Source: Gnetum montanum
Lineage: Eukaryota > Plantae > Gnetophyta
DNA: 64,000 nt
Direction of reading: 5' to 3'
Assembly (NCBI GenBank): GCA_015680685.1
Contig: MNCI01001519.1
Coordinates: 635,318-699,317 of the forward strand
In this document: positions 54,401 to 64,000 of the stretch, one piece after another
How positions within the stretch are numbered: the first letter of the stretch is position 1
Layout: the number at the start of each line of letters is the position of its first letter
Notes under the pieces: generated by a model
What the model was told of the DNA's origin: nothing
Databases searched by the model: none
Seen by the model: only the letters and a program-made list of their open reading frames with translations
Position numbers and translations under genes: made by a program

Positions 54401-57400
54401 ATCCTCAAATACCTTTCAAACTCCTATCTGGGCATTTTGTTGTTCTCATTACGACCAAGCCCAAGGTTGTGCAACCCAATTATGGAGAAAATTAAAAACA
54501 AATTTGCTACTTGAAAAAATGTAGTTCTATCCTCAACGAAGAAAATTCTTCTTGCTAAATAGGTACTTCAGGTGATTCCTTTGTTTGCATCATCACCATT
54601 TCCCCTCCTAGATCAGTTATTGACAACATTGATGCTATTGTGCATTGATTTGTTTGGCACAAAGTTGAGAAGAAAAATACTTCCATCTAGTTCATTGGGA
54701 GCTCACATCATGTCCTAAGGAATTTGGGGGATCAGGCTCCTCAACTTACACAACATCATCTTGAGATGCCTTGGTTAGTTAGCACTCAATCTTGAAATCC
54801 CTCAAAGAAATGGCCCCATCAAGCATGTAATCTTTAGGACCAAATATGGGAATGTCAAGCTTGTCTCTCATGACCGAGCTTCATGGTTAGCCAAGCACAC
54901 CAACTAGGCCTATCTCACTATCCAGAAACTCATTATTTGGGAAAAACCACATGCTTACTTCCCTTCCATCACCATCCATTGATAACAGCCAATGAACAAT
55001 ATTCCCGAAATCCTATGGTTAGACATGGTGTAGATTGAGCATCAATGAAGGTCAACTATGACAAACCTACAAATGGCATGGCAAGTGTTACCTGCCAAGG
55101 GATCCATCTCACCCACCCCTTTGCAACAACCACCCACACACCTCCCCCCCTAGGCCCCTTCCTCTTTAAAACCTAGATATTCTACTGAACTACTAGTCCT
55201 CAGTTCAAGTAGCCTTGCATGCCCCAAATCAAGAAGAAAATCGAGACCCTTACATTTGCCCTACATTGCAAAATAGGAAAATCAATAGAAGGCATTGCTT
55301 TGAGTTTTGATCAAATCATTTTTAATAACTCCCCTTCATCCAATTTAAGTGGCTCATAAAGCAATGGTGTCAGCATTTGAATTTGCTTATATCACTTTGA
55401 GCAAACTTTTAAACATGATGAGCTACTACATTGTGCCTCATAAGCTTACAAACTACACAAAGCTCAAATAATCCCTAGCATGGGCAATTTTCTGCAAAAC
55501 GGAATGGAACCATTTCTTCAAGTCATTCTCAACCCTGGCCTTTGGCATTGGCCCCATAGCAATCAAAACATTGACCAACAATAGCTTCACTATTGGGAAC
55601 AAGATTTTCATGGTCACTAATTGGACAATTGCTAACCTCACCTACCTCCTAATGAAGGGTGCTCTTTTCCTAGTTGCAAGCAAGAAATTGCAATGGGCTT
55701 TTTTGGGACAAGCCCATGGCCTCAAGAGAACAAGGGCACCTGCAAATGTAGTGATTTTGCAAAGCCATAAAAAACAATGGTAAAAGTGATATGTAAGTAC
55801 ATTTTCTCCTAGCACTTAGACTAGCTGACAAGTGGACAATTCTACATCCTTTAATCCCTTAAGGATATGCCCAACATTAACATCCCTCTCTTTATAGAGG
55901 GAGTGGTGCAAAACATAGTCAAAAAGGCCAAGGCAACAAGTTTTCTTTCCTAGAGCATGAGGGCCTAATTAAAGTGCTTGCTAAGAGCCAAGGTGTTAGT
56001 GAAGTGGACATCCTAGAGAAGAACAAACAACTCACATTGCAGAATACCAAATGCCTCCCATAGGAAGTGGCACAAGGGCTAGCTAGAGCCTAGGGTTCAT
56101 TCTCAAAGAATAGGAGGACTTCAACCTCAGCATGCAAACACATGAGATAGACCTCAAAGGGAGGCACAAGAGCAACCAAGACCAAAAAGATGTAGATTGA
56201 GAAAGAACCTAGTGCAAACACCCCACCAAAGACTCCAAAGACAGAGGACAACTCCACATCCCAAGAGACGTTGGACACCCCTAACTTGAATCATAGGTGT
56301 GACCCTAGCTTTGGAACGGCCTCCCTTGAAGCCGGTAGCGCTACCAATGCTAGAAGACCTCAATTGTTCAACCAAAAGAGAAGCCACATACAATCTATGG
56401 AAGATGGCCCTTTTGGTGTGCCCTCCTGAAGTCCTATTACTTTTACAAATCCCATAAACATGGACCTGATCACCGAGCAGCCAAACCCCAAAACGATGCA
56501 AACAAACCTACTGCACCCCACAACCATGCCAAAGGACTCCCCATCCACTTTCAATTCTCATGCCCCTAAGCACTCCCTGATAGGAATTTTATCCTCAGCC
56601 CAAGAATATGGCACTTCAACCATATCGCCACCTATAAAAGTAGATAAAGCACCCAAACATGGCATAGAAGAATGGCCAACCTCTAAAGGCAAATTTGTCA
56701 AGCAACAACACTTCAATGGTGCCTCACACCCCCAATGGGTGTTTGATAATGATTTAGGCATGATCGGTGGTTACTACCCCACACACCCAACAAACCACGT
56801 CATGCACTTTGGCATGGTTGATGATTAGGAAGGTGTGGTGGTGCAAATTGAGCAGGCCACTCACTATGCCAACTTCTACAAGTTAATTCTGGCACCCTTG
56901 TGGCAAGATAACAACAATTGTTTTAGCAACTAGATTGGGTGAATCAACACAATGCCCTACTGGCTGACTCCAAGAACCCTATAAACCACAAGATGGTTTA
57001 GCGCATGCCTACTACATTAACAATTCAATGTTTTATGTATCTGCTTTGTTTGGTTTCCATGTTAGAAGATAGTCACATGCAGCTTCGTGTTTTGCTTGTT
57101 TTTATCTGCATATATCGGGGGACTGTTTTGTCCCTCACTTGCTAATCTCAGCTGGTTGTTGTTTCCTTTGTGGTAATGTTGTAGGTGCCCTTGTGTTTCC
57201 CTGGGCATTTTTGTCAACTTCAGGCCCTTGGCTGGCCCTATTGGCAGCGTAGCTCCTGTCTATTGTACATTCTTAATATGGTTTTTTAAATACATGCTTT
57301 AATATTTGAACTAATGATACAACAACATAGCTCTTGTCTATTGTACATTCTTGATATGGTTTTTTTAATACATGCTTTAATATTTGAATTAATGATACAA

Positions 57401-60400
57401 TAACATCGCTCCTATCTATTGTACATTCTTGATATGGTTTTTTTAATACATGCTTTAATATTTGAACTAATGATACAATTTACAAGAAAATTACCAGGAA
57501 AATAACATAAATAGATAGCTTTCTACTACAAAAATCATCAGAACGTCACAAGTTCAAATTTTTATAAACTTTAAAAATAAAAAAAGTTTTTATCACTAAG
57601 CAAATTAAAAATATAAGATCATTTAAAATGTATGTAGATTTAGTAACTGCTAGAATAGTATACAATTTTGTAAGCCCCACTGTTTCCAACATCCTTGCAA
57701 TCTCCACTGGAATTTCAAAATTGGAATTTTGAGTCTTTCTAGAGAACAAATGAGTTTGGCCATAATCTGATAGGGGTCATAATCTATCACGTGATGGATG
57801 TGAACAATGTGTGGAAGAGCTAAAAATAGTCAATGAAGCATACATGCATATTAAAGATGAAGGAGACTACATGATCCTAGATATTCTGGATTCTCAGTTG
57901 ATGGATACTTGTGTGTGTAATTTACTGCCCTTTCCCCAATGTCTTGTAGTAGGTTTTGTCAGTTTTTTAATGGAAATTGTTTATGGTTCTTTGGTTTTAA
58001 GGGTGTTTCAGGTTTTTATGTTGGGGTCAAATGGGGACAAATGGGATGGGTAGGCCCAGCAGGTTACATCATTTTGTTCTATACAATTGTTATTTCCTTT
58101 TTCAATTATCATGTTGATGATGTTTTTTGTTAGCAGTCTGCTACCCTCTGCAAGGGAGGCTTCTGCCCTAGTTGTTCTTCTGAGCTTCTTGCTCAATTTT
58201 GTACTATATTCTCTTAATATAGCCTGACCTTTTGGCACAAAAAAAAAAAAACTAGATAATATGAGCTGGAGATAAGCTCCTATGATGGGTTTATATCAGG
58301 TCTACATTATAACATTTAGTAATAAACCTAGTTTGTTTGATGCATTCTTTCAAAAACGAAAAGTTTGATCTAATTTCCAGTAAGTTTGCAAAGTCATAAG
58401 CCTGACAAGCTAAGTAACAGGCTTCATTCAAAAGTTTGAATCTCAAAAGGTCAAGAAAATAACTTTTGTTTAGTCAACAACCTAAATTTTTCTGCTGCGT
58501 GTAAACAAATGCTGAGCATCCCTTTTTGCATTACTTGATGTAGAGCCCTTCAAAGGAATGCAAACGAAAAGCATTTGCCTTCTTAAGATGTATAACCACG
58601 ACCTTCTGGGTGCTTGAAGACCATTGCCGGTGTAAATCAAAGCTTGCCAAAATGACAAGAAAGCAATGGTTAATTGATCGCAATATTTAGGCTAGCCTTC
58701 TATCAAATAACAATCATGGGCAAATCTAGAATTCTACATTTAATCAAATCACGTCAAACATATCCCGGAACCAATAACCAACCAATTAAAACACTAGTCA
58801 GAAGTCTGGAGTGCAGTTCAGCTACAGAAAATAACTAATTTGGAGTTTAAACCATTGTGATGTCATTATCATATGAGCATACCAGATAAATAATTCAGGT
58901 AATTGTCAGATATTTGACAAGCATATCAAGCCACCAGAACAGTAGACATGGTACCAGCATTTATATATAGTTAGATCAGTAACAGAGAATGATTTTAAAT
59001 GCTTACGTGTCAATAAATGAAAGATATCCATCCCCAAATGGCACCGACTTTTGTGAGACTGCACCAGTTATCATTTCTGGGAGTTGAAAATCTACTAGTT
59101 GATAACGATGCTTCCAAGAAGAAAACCATCTCAATTCCCTATAATTGCCATCATTTGCAAGACACAATTTTGGGCGAATCATGAGTATCTTTTGGTTAAG
59201 ACAAAACACCTGGCAATTATATCGAACCCCCTCATGCTCAACAGGCATGCCAATGCTGCAAAGTATTCCTTCAGTCAAATCTCCTGATAAAATTTCTTTA
59301 AGGCACTCCCACCTGTCAATCAAATATACAATCACATCAGATGCAGCAATGAAAGTATTTATCTTATGAAATTCAGTTTCCAAATTTCCATGCATGTCTA
59401 AGCCCTGTGGTGACTATCCTCTGTGTAAATATCATTTGTTGATGGTACACCACATAGGTAAGAATGCAGACATCTAAGTTTAATCAAATCTAACCAAGGA
59501 AATGTGTAAATGCATTAATTATAAACATGGAAATACTAAATTAGCATCATTCAGATTGTTTAAGCCTAACCACACAGAGATATAAAACAAGGAGGCAATA
59601 TCCTGTCCACAACAAACATAACCCTCACAATAATGTAAAAATATCATTAACAAACTTAAAACATGGAAAGATCTAAACGTATACAATCCATGTTCACATC
59701 AATGTACAGATCTAAGCACATACATGAATGCTCTTGTTTCAACTGTGCATCTAGAGAAGGCGGTAGGGTTCATTAATTATTGGTGTCAAGTTAAAATAGC
59801 CAATAAATGGTCCCAAAAAGAGATACTACAGCAAAATTGCAATAACCATGTGCAAATAGCCCAAAACAAATAATTCCCTTGTGGACAAAAGTAATCACCA
59901 ATGATCTGATGAAAACACAAAGGTAAACAAACAAGATATTCATTGTGAAATAAACATGGGTCATCATTTATATATAGTCACAGCTCACCTAGCCATTTCA
60001 TGATTAACCATTCTGGGTGACTAAATAATGATCAAGTAAATGTGCAAATACATGCAGGGATTTTCCTTATCAGTTGAACCCAAAATTATACTAAGATAAC
60101 AGTCAGCCTAGTGAGGCTACAAGCAAAAAGTGTTTTAATAAAATCAAAACTTCACTATATTGTTTCTGTCCTTGAACAACTGGAAATATGAAAGTGTTTT
60201 AATAAAATCAAAACTTCACTATAAAAATTCTAAGGTGGATGTTAACTGGAAATATGAAAACTTACTTTCATATTTCCATCCAACATCCACCTTAGAATTT
60301 TTTCTTTTCTTAGGGACCTCAAAAAAAAAGCAATAATAATAGATGGAAAAAAAGCAGAGTACATCAACTCCCATTAATGACAAACAACAACAGCCAAAAG

Positions 60401-60830
60401 GAAAAACCCCAAGGTTTTGGCATAGCCTTATGACTCTTCATCTTTGCAACGAATCCTAAGTACCTCCCCTCTAGATACAAAAAGGATGAAGTTGCAGCCT
60501 CATTTAAAAATATCCACTTTAGAATTTACATTGAAGGAGTAAAGCATTTTATAATATTTCCTGGACTCCAACAAATAGTAAAGTTGCTTAATGAAGGTAT
60601 TCTTCCATCCCTTTTCATGAGAAAAAAATGACTTACGTGTGCATCATTGTGTCACGCTCTAAGAAGTGATCTTCACAACCATAACCTGTGATTTCAAGCT
60701 CAGGGCCCACTCTAATCTTTGCACCTGCTTCTTTGGCTTTCAATATAGATATCTTTATATGTTGCAAGTTACAATCAAAATCCATAGCCCATTGATTCAA
60801 ATTGCAGGTTGCAACCTTCAAGATTCTCAT
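5772..60830 (-). CDS. QNS1: Glutamine-dependent NAD+ synthetase, 11 coding exons in window (3' end outside window)
   Basis: Spliced exons 60637-60830, 59007-59312, 45335-45558, 31641-31744, 20458-20592, 12775-12943, 12460-12595, 8263-8401, 7822-7998, 7460-7627, 5772-5867 all have GT-AG ends and consistent phase (1848 nt, 616 codons, no stop). Motifs: nitrilase-type triad GPELE / IRPK / ETCEE, P-loop LSGGADS, NIQAR, TKYDCSSAD. Confidence 0.97.
7245..7410 (-). mobile_element. Degenerate tRNA-derived SINE-like element
   Basis: B-box-like GGGTTCAGGCC and a poly(A) tail (T run near 7245-7251 on +); A box weak. Confidence 0.35.
7460..7627 (-). CDS. QNS1: NADS coding exon 10 ([19 protein letters not shown]...[15 protein letters not shown])
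   Basis: Acceptor ttacAG; donor CAG|GTACTC. Confidence 0.96.
7822..7998 (-). CDS. QNS1: NADS coding exon 9 ([22 protein letters not shown]...GLRGYLTK)
   Basis: Acceptor ttcAG; donor AAG|GTATAA. Confidence 0.96.
8263..8401 (-). CDS. QNS1: NADS coding exon 8 ([19 protein letters not shown]...GRTPQYK)
   Basis: Acceptor ttacAG; donor AAG|GTAACC. Confidence 0.94.
9210..11265 (-). mobile_element. L1-clade LINE copy A, 5'-truncated (zf-RVT plus complete ORF2 extension)
   Basis: zf-RVT CPLC...ETMQH, then [15 protein letters not shown]...[14 protein letters not shown] in one frame; extension 9503-10886 ends [11 protein letters not shown]; GT-rich 3' UTR. No clear TSD. Confidence 0.85.
11540..11673 (+). 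mobile_element. tRNA-derived SINE-like remnant
   Basis: A box TAGCTCAGTGG at 11546-11556; decayed B box GATTTGACT near 11589; ends ttctcAAAAAA. Confidence 0.5.
12460..12595 (-). CDS. QNS1: NADS coding exon 7 ([17 protein letters not shown]...[10 protein letters not shown])
   Basis: Acceptor ctgcAG; donor AG|GTAAGC. Confidence 0.95.
12775..12943 (-). CDS. QNS1: NADS coding exon 6 ([41 protein letters not shown]...VVK)
   Basis: Acceptor cttcAG; donor G|GTGTAA fixed by the phase of the next exon; P-loop. Confidence 0.95.
14045..15490 (-). mobile_element. L1-clade LINE fragment: ORF1 and first codons of ORF2
   Basis: DUF4283-like [16 protein letters not shown]; ORF1 end [22 protein letters not shown] overlaps the ORF2 start MKILSWNC (ATG 14115). 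Confidence 0.8.
14172..14391. repeat. Perfect 110-bp tandem duplication
   Basis: 14172-14281 is identical to 14282-14391. Confidence 0.95.
20458..20592 (-). CDS. QNS1: NADS coding exon 5 ([16 protein letters not shown]...SLPIE)
   Basis: Acceptor ttcAG; donor GAG|GTAACT; phase 0/0; read by hand, not in ORF track. Confidence 0.92.
20887..26528 (-). mobile_element. L1-clade LINE copy B, both ends present, internal deletion, extended ORF2
   Basis: TSD caattcaaaat(t/a)ttatt at 20870-20886 and 26529-26545. ORF1 DUF4283-like (26039-26338); ORF2 ATG 25089 with APE and RT remnants; extension 21121-22695; A-rich tail. Confidence 0.92.
26750..27850 (+). mobile_element. L1-clade LINE ORF1 fragment (3'-truncated), head-to-head with copy B
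   Basis: [22 protein letters not shown] and [15 protein letters not shown] motifs, plus a knuckle remnant. Confidence 0.8.
28006..29086 (-). mobile_element. Solo LTR (about 1.08 kb)
   Basis: TGTTA...TAACA termini; 5-bp flanks caaag/ctaag (1 mismatch); TATA CTATAAATAC on the minus strand at 28791-28800; GATATC array; no internal domain. Confidence 0.8.
30560..31030. repeat. Imperfect tandem duplication, period about 260 bp
   Basis: cagaaaaatatttcttgggaat...cttac...ctagcagcaatcaa block occurs twice, with a third short partial copy near 30770. Confidence 0.9.
31074..31166. repeat. Two-copy ~46-bp tandem repeat
   Basis: tcacctcaatat...agtttgcaaagtaaaggaata occurs twice. Confidence 0.85.
31641..31744 (-). 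CDS. QNS1: NADS coding exon 4 ([35 protein letters not shown])
   Basis: Acceptor ttgcAG; donor GCT|GTAAGT. Confidence 0.95.
32655..33037 (+). mobile_element. Short 5'-truncated copy of the extended-ORF2 LINE family with poly(A)
   Basis: [24 protein letters not shown] matches the copy C terminus; CpG-rich 3' UTR; ttaatataatcccgaactctttctc followed by a poly(A) run. Confidence 0.85.
33430..39593 (-). mobile_element. L1-clade LINE copy C, full length, extended ORF2, nested in the copia 5' LTR
   Basis: Poly(A) near 33430-33446; flanking repeat aatta(g/a)ttgattctt at 33415-33429 and 39594-39608. ORF1 DUF4283-like plus knuckle [14 protein letters not shown]; ORF2 ATG 38228 with [21 protein letters not shown]; extension 33701-35095. 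Confidence 0.94.
39833..43913 (+). pseudogene. Copia gag-pol pseudogene (gag, protease, integrase, RT, RNase H)
   Basis: [81 protein letters not shown] in copia order; many stops and frameshifts. Confidence 0.95.
45335..45558 (-). CDS. QNS1: NADS coding exon 3 ([13 protein letters not shown]...SHHQLRKL...GCDGGRLYY)
   Basis: Acceptor aatgacAG; donor G|GTAATA; catalytic Cys motif. Confidence 0.96.
45951..52262 (-). mobile_element. L1-clade LINE copy D, full length, extended ORF2
   Basis: Poly(A) near 45948-45962; TSD-like aacatgt(c/t)a(t/c)tt at 45939-45950 and 52263-52274. ORF1 (51534-52001, knuckle CGVCGKGGH); ORF2 ATG 50674; [15 protein letters not shown] in frame with AMGVTLTF; extension 46296-47566. 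Confidence 0.93.
52735..57285 (+). mobile_element. Old, highly decayed L1-clade LINE of a different type, with RNase H-like end
   Basis: LIMWNV (APE start); [10 protein letters not shown] near 54100; GLKVN*SKS near 54308; [20 protein letters not shown]...[12 protein letters not shown] resembles the RNase H N-terminus; GT-rich tail. 56085-56555 may be a nested minus-strand fragment. Confidence 0.7.
57250..57478. repeat. About 2.9 copies of a 78-bp tandem repeat at the LINE 3' junction
   Basis: Units start at 57250, 57328 and 57406 (gctcctgtctattgtacattctt...tgatacaa). Confidence 0.92.
57790..58251 (+). mobile_element. Short 5'-truncated copy of the extended-ORF2 LINE family with poly(A)
   Basis: [42 protein letters not shown]; GT-rich UTR; ttaatatagcctgaccttttggcac followed by a poly(A) run. 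Confidence 0.7.
59007..59312 (-). CDS. QNS1: NADS coding exon 2 (WECLKEIL...[19 protein letters not shown]...FIDT)
   Basis: Acceptor ttgacAG; donor AC|GTAAGC; catalytic Lys motif. Confidence 0.96.
60223..60302. repeat. Near-perfect 80-bp inverted repeat (hairpin)
   Basis: aaaaattctaaggtggatgtt..tggaaatatgaaa / tttcatatttcca..aacatccaccttagaattttt. Confidence 0.9.
60637..60830 (-). CDS. QNS1: NADS coding exon 1 ([18 protein letters not shown]...[13 protein letters not shown])
   Basis: ATG at 60830; donor AC|GTAAGT at 60636. Confidence 0.96.
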
Positions 60831-61056
60831 TCTGGTTTCTTTATGTGAAGGACCTCCACACTCCCCAAGAAGTGAAACTTCCCTGCTTCTAATAAAACCC
60901 TGTGCATTTAAAGTAAAGTTTATTATCTTGCAAAACATCTTAATTGATTTGCTAAAATTCAATTTGTAATCAAAAATAAACATTTTAACACTAGCAAGCA
61001 GCAAAGAACAATTCATCAACAAAAACCAAAGTTAATTTAGAGATATTAGAGTCTGC

Positions 61057-61430
61057 TGGGCCGGTCACATTAGGTAAAATATGAGCTGTAATGACCATCA
61101 CAGCTTGTACAGAGAGCTGTGATGGTTACTGTTCATAGCCAATTCAAGAGCTGGGATAAAACCACAGCTCATCTTGAGCTGCAGCTGTTACGGGTGGTTT
61201 TTTCAGTATCTGTGCATTCTTTAATGCAGTCAATGCTTTGATTCCATAAAATCATGGAAACAAAGGAAATTTTAAAATGTTATTTTTGAAAATACTTACT
61301 GTTCAACACTACAACCATGGTTTTGTAAACTATCATGTGGCTATAAACCACAGCTCAGCTTGTATGTTGTCACTAACAAGCTGTGAAAATGAGCTAAGTT
61401 GCGAAAACAGCTCTCCATGTGACTGGCCCA
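61057..61430. mobile_element. MITE-like element (374 bp) in the probable leader intron
   Basis: 14-bp TIR tgggccggtcacat / atgtgactggccca (1 mismatch); flanked by tgc/tgc; subterminal ACAGCT/AGCTGT motifs. Confidence 0.65.
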
Positions 61431-62652
61431 TGCATCATGACAGTATGACACTCCCAAAAGAATTTTGTAAAGTTTATTGCAACAAAAATACAAAATAAAC
61501 AATAAAATTGCCAAAAGTACATGGTCTATTGTCATACCTGCCTCAAAAGAATGAGAAAAGGCTTTCAAATAAAATCTTGGAGCTCAAACGACAAACAAAA
61601 ATAGTAGAACCGTGGAGAATAAAGTCTTTAAAATTTTTTCTGAAATACTGGAAACAATTCCCTTTTGAATCCATGTAAAATTCCATGTCTGCAAATTCTT
61701 ATATATCACTTATGTGGGTGTTACATTTTCACTTGGGTTGAATGAAAGTGTTAAAGTTGTACACAACACGAGCAAGGGAGAAGTGAAATAAGCGTAGCAT
61801 AGAAAAAAAACAGTGACATACACCGCAAAATTATGAGTCTAGAATGTACAAAATCACCATCAGGTGATAAAATACAAATAGGAAAAGCTGGAAAATAAAG
61901 TAACTAAAATTTACTTTTATAATTTTATTATAGCCTCCAAAAATTCTGTACATACATTTGTATAATAATTTATACAAATCATTGTATTCGTAACATCAAG
62001 CCTGAACTTATTCTGCGCATACATGTGCTCATTTTGACAAAATCTAAACACCTTTGGTAACCATGCAGATGGCAATAAAGACATAGATGTGTAGACTGGA
62101 AATAATGACTTAGTTATTCTACCAAGAAAGAAAAGCAACTTGGATATGCCAAATTGCACTGATGTTCTGAATTTATTCTCGTTTGCAATAAGATTATCAG
62201 CAAAATGAAAATAATATTTCAATAGTCTTAATTTGCATTGCTTATAAGATTCATTACAGGTTTTGATACATTGTCTTGCTTGAAGGAACTAACATTTTCT
62301 GCAACAAAGCTGGAGCTGCTACATCATATATCAAAACATCTCCCGGTAAAGGCTAAAAATTGCAGAGGAAATGTATAAGTAAGCAGAAGCATAAAAGATT
62401 CATAACTAGTAATCCAAAGACAGAAATTACACCTATCAACAAACCTAAAACAAAATAAACATCCCATCAAGCAGTGTCTTGTAGACATATTTGAATAACC
62501 ATATTCAAGTTGGATCTCATAAGAAAGCAGAATTCACCCAGAAAATAAACCACTGAAATTCAATGCATGAGAAATTCTACCCCATTCTAAGATATGACAA
62601 AATCCCACAAAAATTTCAAATTCTGGAAATATCAGAGACAGAATCAGCTGAC

Positions 62653-62935
62653 CTCGTTGATGATGATTCTGAGAGAGATGGATGGGATCGGAGGTCAAAA
62701 AGAAGGGTCTGCCACCAATTTCTTTGATCTTCAATTTTGCTCGCAATTAAAATGTAAGAATGGTGGCAGCGTAGCCTTCATGTGATCAAAAAACCTTCAA
62801 AAAGCAGCGCAACGCAGCACAGCAGCCATGGCGACCGAGGAAATCAGAAAAAAAAAATGCAGAGGCTGAAACCAAGTCAAAGATGGAAAAACGGAATGCA
62901 GTGCTTTCTGTGTGGTTGGTTGTTTATTTATGGTA
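62653..62935 (-). promoter_or_regulatory. Probable core promoter and non-coding first exon of NADS
   Basis: TATA-like CATAAATA near 62925 on the minus strand; CpG-retaining, CT-rich leader; candidate donor GAG|GTCAGC near 62652; candidate acceptor cacAG at 60900 just upstream of the ATG. Inference only. Confidence 0.4.
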
Positions 62936-63484
62936 AGGGATAGGCTGCCAGACCAAGTACGCTCAGCAGGACTCCAATGGCCACAACGTGGAATTCTTGA
63001 ATTTCCAACGCAGGTCAGCTGCTACAACCGCTGAACAGAACTGCTAAGACGTTGCAGCAACAGTAACAAGAGCAACCCATGTAGCAGGGCAGATATATTA
63101 CCTCTATCAATGGATAAAAGATACCGAATTCATGTATTTAATGTTGGATATTAAAAATATTCAAATTGATTCAAATATAAAACTTGGGAATTAAGTATTA
63201 TTACAGGGCAATTTTTCATTAAACTTTAGTTCCTCTTAAACTGGTATTAAAATATCTACCAAGAATGGTTACTTGTGTTAGGCTAGATTACACTATAGTT
63301 TACTTAGCAATTAATCGCTCTTTTAATCACTCTTACTTTATTCTATAAAAACATAAAATAATAAAAACCTTATGCCTCAGTCACACTTAACCATACAATT
63401 GCACTCCACAAGTCGGACTAGGAAAACAACAAACACACGACATGCACACACTATTTAGCTCTAGCATACTTAGTAATTATAGTC

Positions 63485-64000
63485 TGCGGAATTCAACCGA
63501 ATTGCACATGAACACTTGTGATTCGTATGGTTGAGCGTAGGAGTACCTTGCTGCTCATCATTGGTGCCGTTGTCGAGACTGTAGCTCTTCGTGTGCTATC
63601 TAAACCTAGTTGATGGGACGCGATATCGTGGCACATGCGATATCGTGTCCTTCGCGATATCGCATCCCCCGTGATATCGCGGTCCGCCGCCATTTCTATA
63701 AATAAGAGGCAGCTCTCCCTTATTTCCAAGTTTAGGCCTAGACCATAGCAAAACTCTGGCAATTTTTTCTTTCCAAAGATAGAATAATTTCCATGTGCCC
63801 GTAGTAGGATCTCCGAAGTGAACAGATCTTTATTCGAGCAAATATTGTACTTGAACACAAGTTTGTGTACGAAAATAAAGACGAACTTTTTGGATAAACC
63901 TTGCAATGCATGGAATAAGCTAAATAGGATTTTAATTATTGTTATTTATTGTTTATCGTTTAAATGCTTTATTAGTTCATTAAATCTTTCTCAACCCTTC
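63485..64000 (+). mobile_element. LTR (partial, runs off the window) related to the solo LTR at 28006-29086
   Basis: GATATCG array at about 63620-63680 followed by CTATAAATA; the AT-rich taattattgttatttattg...ctcaaccct block resembles the reverse complement of 28510-28565. 5' boundary uncertain. Confidence 0.6.

Noticed and set aside
57250-57478. Repeat array considered as CRISPR-like
   Set aside because: Contiguous tandem units without unique spacers, in a eukaryotic intron.
60831-61022. In-frame N-terminal extension of NADS suggested by the ORF track
   Set aside because: It runs through an AT-rich acceptor region. The splice combination I tested with the candidate upstream exon hits a stop, and homology begins at [14 protein letters not shown].

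Overview
Plant nuclear DNA, AT-rich with CpG-depleted repeats. The whole window lies within, or just upstream of, one minus-strand gene: glutamine-dependent NAD+ synthetase (QNS1/NADS). I resolved 11 coding exons by GT-AG boundaries and frame continuity (ATG at 60830, 616 codons in the window). The last exons lie beyond the left edge. Introns reach about 13.5 kb and are filled with decayed transposons. These include a complete Ty1/copia element (TSD TAATA) with a LINE nested in its 5' LTR, a solo LTR, SINE-like and MITE-like remnants, and about ten L1-clade LINE copies or fragments. The main observation is a diverged L1 family whose ORF2 has no RNase H after the zf-RVT/WxxWxxRN region. It instead continues in frame into a conserved extension of about 420-525 codons. 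The extension has an N-terminal domain resembling the extra-ORF proteins of plant LTR elements, a basic patch and coiled coil, and a terminal His/CxC domain. Four long copies carry it and three 5'-truncated copies carry its 3' end. The family also shares an ATGA stop-start overlap between ORF1 and ORF2 and a conserved 3'-terminal motif.
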